NCBI GenBank assembly: GCA_963700145.1
Contig: OY969474.1
Coordinates: 4,320,001-4,384,000 of the forward strand
Origin: an uncultured Acidobacteriota bacterium
Lineage (GTDB): Bacteria; Acidobacteriota; Thermoanaerobaculia; Multivoradales; UBA5704
Direction: 5' to 3'
Length of the DNA stretch: 64,000 nucleotides
The position numbers were made by a program, and so were the translations under genes. Below the pieces are notes generated by a model. It saw only the letters and a program-made list of their open reading frames with translations, was not told the origin of the DNA and ran no database searches. Every line of letters starts with the position of its first letter. Position 1 is the first letter of the stretch. Shown here one piece after another: positions 40,452 through 50,344 of this stretch.

Positions 40452-42691
40452 GGCTCAACCCCGCGCTGCCGCTCCTCGCCCTGGCGGCGGCGGGCCCGCT
40501 GCTCGTGCGCTTGCGGCGCTCTCCCGCGCCGCTCGCCGGCCTGGCGATCGCCTGGGCGCTCGTCGGGGTGGCGGGGATCGCGCTCCTGGCGCCGGCGCTG
40601 TCGCTGCCGGACGGCATCCCCAGCCCGGCGGCGAGCCTCGCCCACCTCCCCCCCTGGCAGGGGACCGGCGACCCCGCCGGCGGCAACCCGCACCTGCGCG
40701 ACGTCACCTTCCAGATCCAGCCCTGGCTGCTCCACCTGCGGCGGGAGCTGCGCGCCGGTCGCCTCCCCTTCTGGAACCCGCACCAGTCCGCCGGCGCGCC
40801 GTTCTGGGCCAACGGCCAGTCGGCGCCCCTCTTCCCGCTCCACCTGCTGTTCGCGGCGCTGCCGCTGCAGCTCGGCTTCGTCCTGCTGCCCTGGCTGCGG
40901 GTCGTGGTCGGCGGCTGCGGCGCTTGGCTGCTCGGGCGAGAGCTGGGGCTGTCGCGGCCGGCGGCGCTGCTGGCGGCGCTCGTCTTCCCGCTCTCGGGGA
41001 TGCTGGTGAGCTTCGTCCTCTTCCCGATGGGCAACGCGCTGGCGCTCGTGCCCTGGGTGCTCTGGACGGTCGAGCGGATCGCGGCGGGGCGGGGGGGCGC
41101 GGCGGCTCTCGCCCTCGCCGCCGGCCTCCAGCTCCTCGGCGGCCATCCGGAGACCTCGCTGCACACGGCGCTCCTGTCCGCGGTCTACCTCGCGGTGCGC
41201 GGTGCGGCGCGGCCGGGCGCCGCCTGGCTGCGCTGGGCCGGCGGCTGGCTCCTCGCCGCCGCCCTCGCCGCCGTCCAGCTCCTGCCGCTCGCCCTCACCC
41301 TGCCGGAGACCGCCCGCTGGCAGGCGGCGGCAGCCGCCGCGGCCGCGGAGGTGCCTTCCTTTGCGCTCCTCCTCGTCCAGCCGCTGCGGCTGGTCCTACC
41401 GCAGCTCTACGGCCATCCGGCGGCGAGTACTTGGTGGGGACCGTTCAACTACTCGGCGACCGCGGTCTACGCCGGCGCTGTCGCCCTGCCGCTGGCGGCG
41501 GCGGGGCTGGCGCGGACCCGCGGCGACCGCCGCTGGCGCGCGGTGGCGGTCCTCCTCGCCTTCTCCTTCGTCGCCGCCTACCACTGGCCGGGGGTGCGCG
41601 ACGTGCTGGCTGCGTTGCCCGTCCTCGGCCGCGCCGCCCAGCACCGCCTCCTCTTCGGCGTCGAGCTGGCGCTCGCTCTCCTTGCCGGCGCCGGCTGCGA
41701 CCGCTGGCTCGAGGGCCGCGGGCGCGGTCTGCTCGCCGGGAGCGCGGCGGTCGCCGCTCTCCTCGCCGCCTCCTGGCTGGTCTTCGCCGGCGACTGGGCG
41801 GCCCGCGGTCTCACCGGCGAGCAGCTCGCCTGGACGGCCGGTGCCGGCGCCGTGGCGCTGGCGCTAGTCCTCTCCCTGCGGCTGCCAGCGTCCCGCCGCT
41901 GGGCGGTCTGGCCGCTCCTGCCCGTGGTCGTCCTGGTCGACCTCCTTCTCGCCCACGGCGCGATCCCCGGCGCTCTGCCGCTCCCCCGGCTCTACCCGGA
42001 GACCGGCGCCGTCCGCTTCCTCCGCGGGCGCGAGGGCAGGGTCGCCGGCACCGGCGAGGCGCTGCGTCCGAACGCGGCCATGGTCTACGGGCTCTACGAC
42101 CCGCGCGGCGACGACCCGGTGAAGCTCGTCCGCTATGCGGCCGTCTACCAGACCTTCGCGCCGGCCGACCCGGTCTACGCGCGGCCGATCGAGCGCTGGG
42201 AGGCCCCTTGGCTCGACCGTCTCGGCCTGCGCTGGGTGCTGAGCGGCCCGGCGGAGGAGGCGGCGCGTCCCGGCTGGCGGTTGGCCTACCGGGGAGCGGA
42301 CGCGCGGGTGTGGGAACGCCCCGGGGCGCTGCCGCTGGTGCGGTGGGAGGGAGGGGCGGCGGCGGGAGCGACGGCGGGGTGGCGGGCGGAGCCGTCGCCG
42401 CGGCTGCCCGGGTGGTGGCGGATCGCCTGGCGTGCGCCGCGGCGCGCTCTGCTCGTGGTGGCCGAAACGGCGGCGCCGGGTTGGTCGGCGCACGCCGGCG
42501 GCGAACCGCTGCCGATCGAGGCCGCCGGCGGCGCCCTCCTCGGCGTGCGGCTGGGGCCGGGGGAGGGCGTGCTCGATCTGCGCTACCGTCCGCCCGGCTG
42601 GCGCGCCGGCCTGCTGCTGAGCGCCGCCGGCGCCCTCGGTCTCGCCGCTCTCGCCTGGCGGGAGAAACCTGGTTTCCGGATGGCCGCATGA
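40448..42691 (+). CDS. YfhO-like polytopic membrane protein (GT-C-type glycosyltransferase candidate)
   Basis: GRLPFWNPHQSAGAPFWAN...LFPL, GGHPE, many TM segments and C-terminal PGW.A...LRYRP; TTG start inferred. Confidence 0.8.
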   Translation: MRLNPALPLLALAAAGPLLVRLRRSPAPLAGLAIAWALVGVAGIALLAPALSLPDGIPSPAASLAHLPPWQGTGDPAGGNPHLRDVTFQIQPWLLHLRRELRAGRLPFWNPHQSAGAPFWANGQSAPLFPLHLLFAALPLQLGFVLLPWLRVVVGGCGAWLLGRELGLSRPAALLAALVFPLSGMLVSFVLFPMGNALALVPWVLWTVERIAAGRGGAAALALAAGLQLLGGHPETSLHTALLSAVYLAVRGAARPGAAWLRWAGGWLLAAALAAVQLLPLALTLPETARWQAAAAAAAAEVPSFALLLVQPLRLVLPQLYGHPAASTWWGPFNYSATAVYAGAVALPLAAAGLARTRGDRRWRAVAVLLAFSFVAAYHWPGVRDVLAALPVLGRAAQHRLLFGVELALALLAGAGCDRWLEGRGRGLLAGSAAVAALLAASWLVFAGDWAARGLTGEQLAWTAGAGAVALALVLSLRLPASRRWAVWPLLPVVVLVDLLLAHGAIPGALPLPRLYPETGAVRFLRGREGRVAGTGEALRPNAAMVYGLYDPRGDDPVKLVRYAAVYQTFAPADPVYARPIERWEAPWLDRLGLRWVLSGPAEEAARPGWRLAYRGADARVWERPGALPLVRWEGGAAAGATAGWRAEPSPRLPGWWRIAWRAPRRALLVVAETAAPGWSAHAGGEPLPIEAAGGALLGVRLGPGEGVLDLRYRPPGWRAGLLLSAAGALGLAALAWREKPGFRMAA

Positions 42692-43611
42692 CCGACCTTC
42701 GCCCCACCCGCCCCGAGGACCTGCCCTTGCTCTCCGCCCTCTTCGCGGAGCGCTTCGGCCACCCGCTGCCCGCCGACGAGTGGGCGTGGAAGTACCGCCA
42801 GCTCCCCGGCGAGGGCCGCAGCTGGGTCGCGCTGCGCGGCGGCACGGTGGTGGCTCACGCCGGCGCCCTCCGCCTTCCCGCGCGCTGGCGCGGCGGCGAG
42901 GGGGGCATCTGGCAGCTCGCCGACTTCGTGGGCGGCGTTGGCGCGAGCGCCCTGCGGCCGGCGCTGGTCGAGCTCGGCCAGGCGCTGCTCGCCGACCTGC
43001 CCGGAGAGGGCGACGCGCCCTGGATCTTCGGCTTCCCGAGCGAGCGCCACTTCCGGCTCGGCGAGCGGGTCTTCGGCTACCAGCCGCTGGCGGACTTCGA
43101 GGACCTGGCGGGGGAGCTGCCGGAGGACGCGGGGCCGCCCGCGGCGCTGCGCGACGTCAGCGACGTCTGCGGCCCGTGGGCGGAGGCGGTCTGGGAGCGC
43201 TGCGGCTTCGCGGGCGTGCGGCGCTCGGTCCCCTTCCTTCTCTGGCGCTACTGGGCGCGCCCGCGCCGCTACTACCGCTTCTACCGGCTCGCCGCCGGCA
43301 AGCTGGAAGGGCTCGCGGTCTTCGCCTTCGTGGAGGACGAGGCGTGGGCGGCCGAGGTCTGGCTGCCGCCCGGCGGCGACTGGCGCAACGCGCTCCTCGC
43401 CGCCGCCGCCGACCTGCGCGCCGCGGGCCTGCGCCGCTGGCGCTTCTGGCCGCCGCCAGCGCCGGAGCACGCGGCGCTGTACGAGTCGCTCGGCTTGCGC
43501 AAGGCGGGAGTGCGCCGCTTCGTCGGCTGCCGCGGCAAGCCGGGCGAGCTCGACCTGATCGCCGCGGCCGAGGGCTTCACTTATTCGATGGGCGACTATG
43601 ACCTGGTCTAG
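42688..43611 (+). CDS. GNAT-family acyltransferase-like protein
   Basis: C-terminal part of track ORF 40342..43611; ATGA coupling; WAWKY, VVAHAG, IFGFP, RRS..FL.WRY and terminal MGDYD. Confidence 0.7.
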   Translation: MTDLRPTRPEDLPLLSALFAERFGHPLPADEWAWKYRQLPGEGRSWVALRGGTVVAHAGALRLPARWRGGEGGIWQLADFVGGVGASALRPALVELGQALLADLPGEGDAPWIFGFPSERHFRLGERVFGYQPLADFEDLAGELPEDAGPPAALRDVSDVCGPWAEAVWERCGFAGVRRSVPFLLWRYWARPRRYYRFYRLAAGKLEGLAVFAFVEDEAWAAEVWLPPGGDWRNALLAAAADLRAAGLRRWRFWPPPAPEHAALYESLGLRKAGVRRFVGCRGKPGELDLIAAAEGFTYSMGDYDLV

Positions 43612-45856
43612 GCGCGTAGCGGCGCTCTGCGTCCTCCTCGCCGCGGCGTTCTTCGCCGCCTGCGGCGGCGCCGAGTCGGAAGGCTTCCTGCTCCCGGCGG
43701 ACCTCGGCGCCGAAAGCTTCTCCTTCCCCAGCCCGCAGCGCCGGGCCGAGATCGAGATCGACCAGGAGCGCCGCCCCGCCCTGCTCACGCCGCCGTCCGG
43801 CTTCCGCTGGCGCGGGCGGGTGCCGGAGGGGGCGCGCCTGGTGGCCGGCTACGGCGTGCCCCCGGCCGCCTGGCGCCGCGGCGCCGGCCTCGAAGTGCTG
43901 GTGGAGATCGACGACGGCTCCGGGCGCGAGCTGGTCGAGGTGGCGCGCAGCGCCGGCGGCCTGCCGCAGCGCTGGTCGGCGCTCACCGCCGACCTCTCGC
44001 GCTGGGGGGGGCGCGAGGCGACGCTGGCGGTGCGCGCCCGCTGGACCGGCCGGCGGCGCGGCGGCGGCGAGGGCCTGATCGCCTGGGCGCCGGTGGCGCT
44101 CACCGCCGCGCCGCGCCGGGCGCCGGCGCATCCCAACGTCGTCCTCATCCTGATCGACACCCTGCGCCGCGACCGCCTCACCCCCTACGGCTACCGCCGC
44201 GACACCTCGCCCGAGATCCAGCGCCGCCTCGCCGCCCGCGGCACGGTGGTGGAGGAGGCCTACGCCCAGGCGCCGTGGACCCTGCCGTCGCTGATGGCGG
44301 TGATGGCCGGGCGCTATCCCGGCGAGATGGTGCGCGAGGACCGCCCCGGCTTCGCCTTCTCGCTGCCGGCCGGCATCCCGACGCTCGCCGAGCGGCTGCG
44401 CGGGCTCGGCTACCGCACCGCCGGCTTCTACGCCAACCCCACCCTCCACGCCGGCAACGGCTTCGCGCGCGGCTTCGAGACCTTCTACACGCCGCCGCCG
44501 ACCCTGGAGTCGATGCGGCGCCACGCCGACGACGTCACCGGCCGCGCCCTCCCCTGGCTCGCCGCCCACCGCGATCGGCCGTTCTTCCTCTACGTCCACT
44601 ACATCGACCCGCACGACCCCTACGACAACCCGGACGTGGTGGGCGGGCGCTCGCCCTTCGACCCCGGCTACTCCGGCGTCGTCGGCGGCGACTGGATCCA
44701 CGGCTTCTACACCGGGCAGCTCCGGCTCCCGGACCCGGCGCGCGACCTCGTCCACATCAACGCCCTGTACGACAGCGAGGTCCGCTACGTAGACCGCTTC
44801 GTCGGGCGCTTGCTGGAAGGCCTCGGACCGGCGCTCGGCGAGACCCTCGTCGTTCTCACCGCCGACCACGGCGAGGAGCTGCTCGACCACGGCGGCTGGA
44901 AGCACGGGCAGACCCTCTATGACGAGCAGATCCGCGTGCCGCTGATCGTGCGCTGGGACGGCCGCGTGCCGGCGGGCAAGCGGCTGCGCGGCACGGTGCG
45001 CCTCCTCGACCTGCTGCCGACGCTCGTCGGCGCCGCCGGCGGGAAAGTGGAACGGGAAAGCGACGGCGTGGACCTGCTGCCAGCCCTGACCGGCCGCGGC
45101 CGGCTGCCGCGCCGTCCGGCCTTCGCCCAGCACCTGTCGAGCGGCCCGTGGCGCGCGGCGGCGGTGCTGGAGGGCGAGAAGGCGATCTTCTTCAACGCCG
45201 CCCAGCCCTTCGCGCCCGCCGACGACGTGCAAGCCCACTTCTGGCGCATGGACCTCGCCCGCTTCGACCGCGCCGAGCTCTACGACCTGGCGCGCGATCC
45301 GAAGGAGCGGGGCAACCTCGCCGCCGCCCAACCGGCGCGGGTCGCCGCGCTGGCGCCGGTCGTCCATCGCCAGCTCGTCCATCAGACCGCGGGCGTGTGG
45401 CTCTGGCTGCCGGCGGCCGGCGCCCTCCCGGCCGGCGCGCGCCTCGGTGGTAGCATTCGCTTCGAGCGCCCCCCCGAGGGCTGGGCCCCCTACCTCCTGG
45501 CGCCGCAGGACCGGGTGGAGATCGCGGGCGACACGCTCCGCTTCGACCTCGCTGTGGAAAGCCTCGCCAAAGGACTGCTGGTGCGCGGCACGCCCGGCGG
45601 CCTGCGTGCCGCCACGCTGGCGCTCGCCGGCCGGCCGTTGCCGCCGGCGCGGCTCCACCTCGGCCCCGGACGCCCCTGGCGCGGCGGCCCGGCGCCGGCC
45701 GCCGCGCTCGATGCGGCCGGCTGGCCGCCCGGCGACGCGCCCGGCGCCGGCGGCGCGGCGCTCCACCTCTGGCGCTCCCGCGGCGCGCAGGCCCCGCGCG
45801 GCGCCCACGACCCGGAGACCGAGCGCCGGCTGCGCGCCCTGGGCTACATCCAATGA
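43598..45856 (+). CDS. Sulfatase-like alkaline-phosphatase-superfamily lipoprotein (Thr at the nucleophile position)
   Basis: PNVVLILIDTLRRD, APWTLPS, DPHDPY, TADHGE and C-terminal LRALGYI; lipobox FAAC. Confidence 0.88.
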   Translation: MTWSRRVAALCVLLAAAFFAACGGAESEGFLLPADLGAESFSFPSPQRRAEIEIDQERRPALLTPPSGFRWRGRVPEGARLVAGYGVPPAAWRRGAGLEVLVEIDDGSGRELVEVARSAGGLPQRWSALTADLSRWGGREATLAVRARWTGRRRGGGEGLIAWAPVALTAAPRRAPAHPNVVLILIDTLRRDRLTPYGYRRDTSPEIQRRLAARGTVVEEAYAQAPWTLPSLMAVMAGRYPGEMVREDRPGFAFSLPAGIPTLAERLRGLGYRTAGFYANPTLHAGNGFARGFETFYTPPPTLESMRRHADDVTGRALPWLAAHRDRPFFLYVHYIDPHDPYDNPDVVGGRSPFDPGYSGVVGGDWIHGFYTGQLRLPDPARDLVHINALYDSEVRYVDRFVGRLLEGLGPALGETLVVLTADHGEELLDHGGWKHGQTLYDEQIRVPLIVRWDGRVPAGKRLRGTVRLLDLLPTLVGAAGGKVERESDGVDLLPALTGRGRLPRRPAFAQHLSSGPWRAAAVLEGEKAIFFNAAQPFAPADDVQAHFWRMDLARFDRAELYDLARDPKERGNLAAAQPARVAALAPVVHRQLVHQTAGVWLWLPAAGALPAGARLGGSIRFERPPEGWAPYLLAPQDRVEIAGDTLRFDLAVESLAKGLLVRGTPGGLRAATLALAGRPLPPARLHLGPGRPWRGGPAPAAALDAAGWPPGDAPGAGGAALHLWRSRGAQAPRGAHDPETERRLRALGYIQ

Positions 45857-47748
45857 GCGAGAGCCTCCTCCTGCCCCCCGGCCGGACCGAGCGCGTCGCC
45901 GCCCGGAGCGCGCTGATCCTGGCGCCCCATTACGACGACGAGGTGCTCGGCTGCGGCGGCCTCGTGGCGCAGCTCACCGCGGCGGGGGCGGTGGTGCGCG
46001 TCCTCTTCCTGACCGACGGCGGCGGCGGCAGCCAGGCGGCGGCGGAGCGCGAGAAGTACCGGCGGCGCCGGCGGGAGGAGGCTGCCTGCGCCTGTCGCAT
46101 CCTCGGGCTCGCCGGCTGCGACGACCTCGGGCTCCCCGACGGCGAGCTCCACTTGCGGCTGGAGGAGGCCGAGCGCGGCATTCGCCGGGCGCTCCTGACC
46201 CAGCGTCCCGAGCTCCTCCTCGCCCCCTCGCCGCTGGAGGTCACCGCCGACCACCGCGCCGCCTTCGCCGCCCTCCACCGGGTGCTGGCGCCGCTGCGCG
46301 ACGGCGAGCTGGGCGAGCCGCGGGTCCTCCTCTACGAGGTCAACCACCCCGCCTACCCCGACCTCCTGGTCGACGTCACCGCCGAGGAGGGGAAGCTGGC
46401 GGAGGCGATGGGCTGCTACGCCAGCCAGCAGGAGCGGCACGACTACCTGGCCGCCGCGCTCGGGCTCCGCCGTTACCGCACGCTCACCCTCGGGCCCGAG
46501 GTCCGGCTCGCCGAGGGCTACCGCCGCCTCGCGCTGGCTGACTTCACGACTCGCAGCCAGGCGCAGCTCGTGCGCCACCTCGGCGGCTTGCCGGAGCTCC
46601 TGGAGGTGCGCGAGGGGCCGCGCCTCTCGGTCGTGGTGCGGACCAAGGACCGGCCTGCGCTCCTCGCGGAAGCTCTGGCCAGCCTCGCCGCCAGCCCGTA
46701 TCGCCGCACCGAGGTGGTGCTGGTCAACGACGGCGGCGCCGCGCCGGAGCTGCCGGGCGACTTTCCGCACCCGGTCCTGCGCGTCGATCTGGCGGCGAGC
46801 CGCGGGCGCGCCGCGGCGGCCGAGGCCGGGGTCGCGGCGGCGACCGGCGACTTCGTCACCTTCCTCGACGACGACGACCTCGCCGCCCCCGAGCATCTGC
46901 CGAGCCTGGCCGCCCTGGCGGGCGCGCCCGGCGTGCGCGTCGCCTACACCGACGCCGCGGTCGCGGTCTACGAGCTGGGCCCGGAAGGCTGGCGCTGCGC
47001 CGAGCGCCGCCTCCCCTACAGCCGCGACTTCGATCCCGACCTCCTGCTGCTCGACAACTACATCCCGTTCAACACCGTCGCCATCGAGCGCGCGCTCTTC
47101 GCCGAGGTCGGCCCCTTCGACGCCGAGCTGCCGTTCTTCGAGGACTGGGACTTCCTGATCCGCCTCGCAGCGCTCGCCCCCTTCCACCACCTGGCGCGCG
47201 TCACCTGCGAGTACCGCCACTTCCGCGGCGGCGGCCACCAGGTCTTCGGCGAGCGGCCGCGCGAGCGCCCCGACTTCCTGGCGGTCAAGGCGCGGGTGCT
47301 GGCCAAGCACGCTGCCCGCCTCACTCCGGAGAGGCTGGCGCGCGCGGTGGACACCCTGCGCTTCGAGCGGGTGGCGGCGCTCGAGGACGCCGGCAAGCTG
47401 GAGCGCGAGCTGGGCACGACGCGCGAGGAGCTGTGGGCGCGCAACGGCGAGGTGGCGGCGGTGCGCGAGGGGTACGACCTCCTGGCCGCCGAACGGGGCG
47501 CGCTGGAGGACCGCTACTGGGCCCTCAACGGCGAGCTCGAAGCGCTGCGGGCGGAGCACGGGCAGGTGACCGTCGAGACGCAGCGGCTGTACGACGTCGT
47601 CGAAGACCAGACCGGGCACCTCGGCCGCACCTACGCCGAGATCGAGCGCTTGAACGGGGAGCTGTCCCGCACCGGCGCGCGCCTGCGGGAAGTGGAAGGG
47701 ATGCTGCCCGTGCGCCTCCGGTCCTGGTGGGTCCGCCGCTTCTCATGA
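45853..47748 (+). CDS. PIG-L deacetylase / GT2 / coiled-coil fusion protein
   Basis: APHYDDEVLGCGG and TADH; then VVRTKDR, VNDGG, FLDDDD and EDWDFLIR; heptad-rich C-terminus. Confidence 0.88.
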   Translation: MSESLLLPPGRTERVAARSALILAPHYDDEVLGCGGLVAQLTAAGAVVRVLFLTDGGGGSQAAAEREKYRRRRREEAACACRILGLAGCDDLGLPDGELHLRLEEAERGIRRALLTQRPELLLAPSPLEVTADHRAAFAALHRVLAPLRDGELGEPRVLLYEVNHPAYPDLLVDVTAEEGKLAEAMGCYASQQERHDYLAAALGLRRYRTLTLGPEVRLAEGYRRLALADFTTRSQAQLVRHLGGLPELLEVREGPRLSVVVRTKDRPALLAEALASLAASPYRRTEVVLVNDGGAAPELPGDFPHPVLRVDLAASRGRAAAAEAGVAAATGDFVTFLDDDDLAAPEHLPSLAALAGAPGVRVAYTDAAVAVYELGPEGWRCAERRLPYSRDFDPDLLLLDNYIPFNTVAIERALFAEVGPFDAELPFFEDWDFLIRLAALAPFHHLARVTCEYRHFRGGGHQVFGERPRERPDFLAVKARVLAKHAARLTPERLARAVDTLRFERVAALEDAGKLERELGTTREELWARNGEVAAVREGYDLLAAERGALEDRYWALNGELEALRAEHGQVTVETQRLYDVVEDQTGHLGRTYAEIERLNGELSRTGARLREVEGMLPVRLRSWWVRRFS

Positions 47749-49019
47749 CCTCGATCGCCCTGGTCTCGTCCGAGCCCATCCGGCCGCGGATGGCGGGGAT
47801 CGGCATCCGCTACCTGGAGCTGGCGCGGCGGCTGCCGGCGTACGGCTTCGAGGTCCTCCTCCTCTCGCCCGCCGATCCCGCCGAGGCCGCGACGTTGGGC
47901 CTCGAGGGCACCCGTGCCGCCCGCTTCGAGCCCGGCCGCGCCGCCGCTCTCCTCGCCGGCCGCGACGCCGTGGTGGCGCAGGGGCAGCTCGCCAACGACG
48001 TCCTCCTCGAGTGCTCCGAGCTGCCGGCGGCGATCGACCTCTACGACCCCTGGCTGATCGAGAACCTCGCCTACGCGCCGGAGCTGGGCTTCGAGCCCTT
48101 CCGCAACGACCACGCCACCTGGTCGCTGCAGCTCGGGCGCGGCGACTTCTTCCTCTGCTCCTCGGAGGAGCAGCGGAGCTACTACCTCGGCTTCCTGACC
48201 GCGCTCGGCCGCGTCAACCCCGAGGCGGTGGCGGGCGACCCCGACCTCGAGCGGCTGATCGCGCCGGTCCCCTTCGGCATCCCCGAGGAGCTGCCGCCGC
48301 ACCGGCCGCTGCTGCCGCCGCGCGCGGCGGGGGAGCGGCGCCTCCTCTTCGGCGGCCTCTACGACTGGTACGACCCCTGGACGCTGCTCGACGCGCTCGC
48401 GCGCCTCGACCGCCCGGAGTGGACGCTCTACCTCGTCCGCAACCCCAACCCGGAGAGCACGCCGCAGCGCCTGATGGGCGAGGTCGAGAAGCGTTGCCGC
48501 GCGCGCGGCTGGTGGGGGACGCGGGTGCGGGCGCTCGACTGGGTTGCCGCCGACCGCCGCTTCGACCTGCTGCGCGACGTGGACGTCCTGGCGGCGCCGC
48601 ACCGGCCGAGCCTCGAGACGCGGCTGTCGCTGCGCACCCGCTTCCTCGACGCCCTCGCCGCCGGCTGCCCGGTGGTGACCAGCGAAGGCGGCGCGATGAG
48701 CCGCCTGCTCGCCGAGCACCGGGCGGGGTGGATCGCGCCGCCCGGCGACGCCGCGGCGCTCGCGCGGTGTCTCGAGGAGGCGCTGGGCGGCGGCGAGGAG
48801 GCCGCGGCGCGCCGGCGCGGCGCCGCGCGGCTCGCCGCCGAGCTCGGCTGGGAGCGGGCGCTGGCACCGCTCGTCCGCTTCTGCCGCGCGCCGCGCGTCG
48901 ATCCGACGAAGGAGCGCTTCGCCTGGCGCCCGCCGACCGTGGCGCCGCCGGACCCGCTGCCGCTGCGCGTCCGCCGCGGGCTGCGCCGCCGGCTGCGCGC
49001 GGTCACGGGTCGGGCGTGA
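47745..49019 (+). CDS. GT-B fold glycosyltransferase (GT4-like)
   Basis: MAGIGIRYLE, DLYDP, FGGLYDWYDP and ETRLSLRTRFLDAL.AG.PV; ATGA coupling. Confidence 0.78.
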   Translation: MTSIALVSSEPIRPRMAGIGIRYLELARRLPAYGFEVLLLSPADPAEAATLGLEGTRAARFEPGRAAALLAGRDAVVAQGQLANDVLLECSELPAAIDLYDPWLIENLAYAPELGFEPFRNDHATWSLQLGRGDFFLCSSEEQRSYYLGFLTALGRVNPEAVAGDPDLERLIAPVPFGIPEELPPHRPLLPPRAAGERRLLFGGLYDWYDPWTLLDALARLDRPEWTLYLVRNPNPESTPQRLMGEVEKRCRARGWWGTRVRALDWVAADRRFDLLRDVDVLAAPHRPSLETRLSLRTRFLDALAAGCPVVTSEGGAMSRLLAEHRAGWIAPPGDAAALARCLEEALGGGEEAAARRRGAARLAAELGWERALAPLVRFCRAPRVDPTKERFAWRPPTVAPPDPLPLRVRRGLRRRLRAVTGRA

Positions 49020-50344
49020 GCGCCGGCGCGACGCCGCGGCGCCTCTCGGTCGCCGTCGTCTCCTGGAACGGCCTCGAGCACCTCAAGACCTGCCTCGCGG
49101 CGCTCGCCGGGCAGGAGGACCCGGGGCTGCCCTGGGAGCTGCTGCTCCTCGACAACGGCTCGCGCGACGGCACCGCCGCCTGGGTGCGCGCCCGTCACCC
49201 GGCGGTGCGCCTGATCGAGAGCCCGGTCAACCTCGGCTTCTGTGCCGGCAACAACCGGCTGGTCGAAGCGGCCACCGGCGACGCCGTCGCCTTCCTCAAC
49301 AACGACACCCGCCCCGAGCCGGGGTGGCTGCACGGGCTGACCGAGGCGTTGCGCGAGGCGCCGCCGGACGTGGCCGCAGTCTCGGGCCAGATCGTCGATT
49401 GGGACGCCGAGCGGCTGGACTTCGCGCGCGGCGTCATGACCTTCGACGGCCACGCCTTCCAGCTCGACTTCCGCCGTCCGCTCGCCGCCGCCCGCGTCCC
49501 CGCCGCCGGCGCCGAGCTCCCCTTCGCCTGCGGCGGCAACATGCTGGTGCGGCGCGCTTCGTTCCTCGCCGCCGGCGGCTTCGACCCCGACTACTTCGCC
49601 TACCTCGAGGACGTGGACCTCGGCTGGCGGCTCTGGGCCGGCGGCGAGCGGGTGACCTTCGCGCCGGCGGCGGTGGTGCGCCACCGCTCGAGCGCCACGA
49701 GCGACCTCCTCGGCCTCTTCAACCGCGGCTTCCTCTTCGAGCGCAACGCCTTCCTCACCGCCTGCAAGAACTACGAGGAGGGGCTTTGGCAGAAGGTGAT
49801 GCCGGCGGTGCTGATGACGCTGCTCGCACGCACCCAGGCGCTCCTCGCCGAGAACAACCCGGGCGGCGACTCGCTGCGCGTCGATCCCTACGCCGGCTGG
49901 ATCGCCGACACGGCGCCGGCGTGCGATGTGCCCGCCGGCGAAGACGCGCCGCGGCTCACCCCGGGCCGCATCGCCGACCGCCTCGCCGAGCTGGGGCCGC
50001 GCGAGGCGCTGCGCCGCGCCTGGAAGAAGCTCGCGGCCGCCGCGCGCGGGCGCGAGGAGGAGCCGTCCGCTCCGACCCTCACCGACGAGCGGACGGTGGC
50101 GCAGCTGCGCGCCGTCAATTACCTCGTCGGCCACCTCGACGCCGCGGCGGCGAAGCGGCGCGCGGTGCAGGCCCGCCGCCGCCGCTCCGACCGCGAGTAC
50201 TTCGAGCGCTTCCCCGCCTACCTGGTGCCCACCTACCCCGGCGACGAGCACCTCTTCGCCCGCCCCGGCTTCCGCGCCTGGCTGCCGCCCGAGCTGCCGC
50301 TGGTCGAGGCGCGGCTGGAGGAGGTGATGGAGCGGGAGGGGTGA
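49016..50344 (+). CDS. Glycosyltransferase family 2
   Basis: VVSWNG, LDNGSRDGT, NLGFCAGNN, FLNNDT and YLEDVDLGWR; GTG start. Confidence 0.9.
   Translation: MSAGATPRRLSVAVVSWNGLEHLKTCLAALAGQEDPGLPWELLLLDNGSRDGTAAWVRARHPAVRLIESPVNLGFCAGNNRLVEAATGDAVAFLNNDTRPEPGWLHGLTEALREAPPDVAAVSGQIVDWDAERLDFARGVMTFDGHAFQLDFRRPLAAARVPAAGAELPFACGGNMLVRRASFLAAGGFDPDYFAYLEDVDLGWRLWAGGERVTFAPAAVVRHRSSATSDLLGLFNRGFLFERNAFLTACKNYEEGLWQKVMPAVLMTLLARTQALLAENNPGGDSLRVDPYAGWIADTAPACDVPAGEDAPRLTPGRIADRLAELGPREALRRAWKKLAAAARGREEEPSAPTLTDERTVAQLRAVNYLVGHLDAAAAKRRAVQARRRRSDREYFERFPAYLVPTYPGDEHLFARPGFRAWLPPELPLVEARLEEVMEREG

Noticed and set aside
40342-43611. 1089-aa ORF suggesting a fusion or frameshift
   Set aside because: Only the part from ATG 42688 is protein-like; the rest is an alternative frame of the YfhO-like gene.
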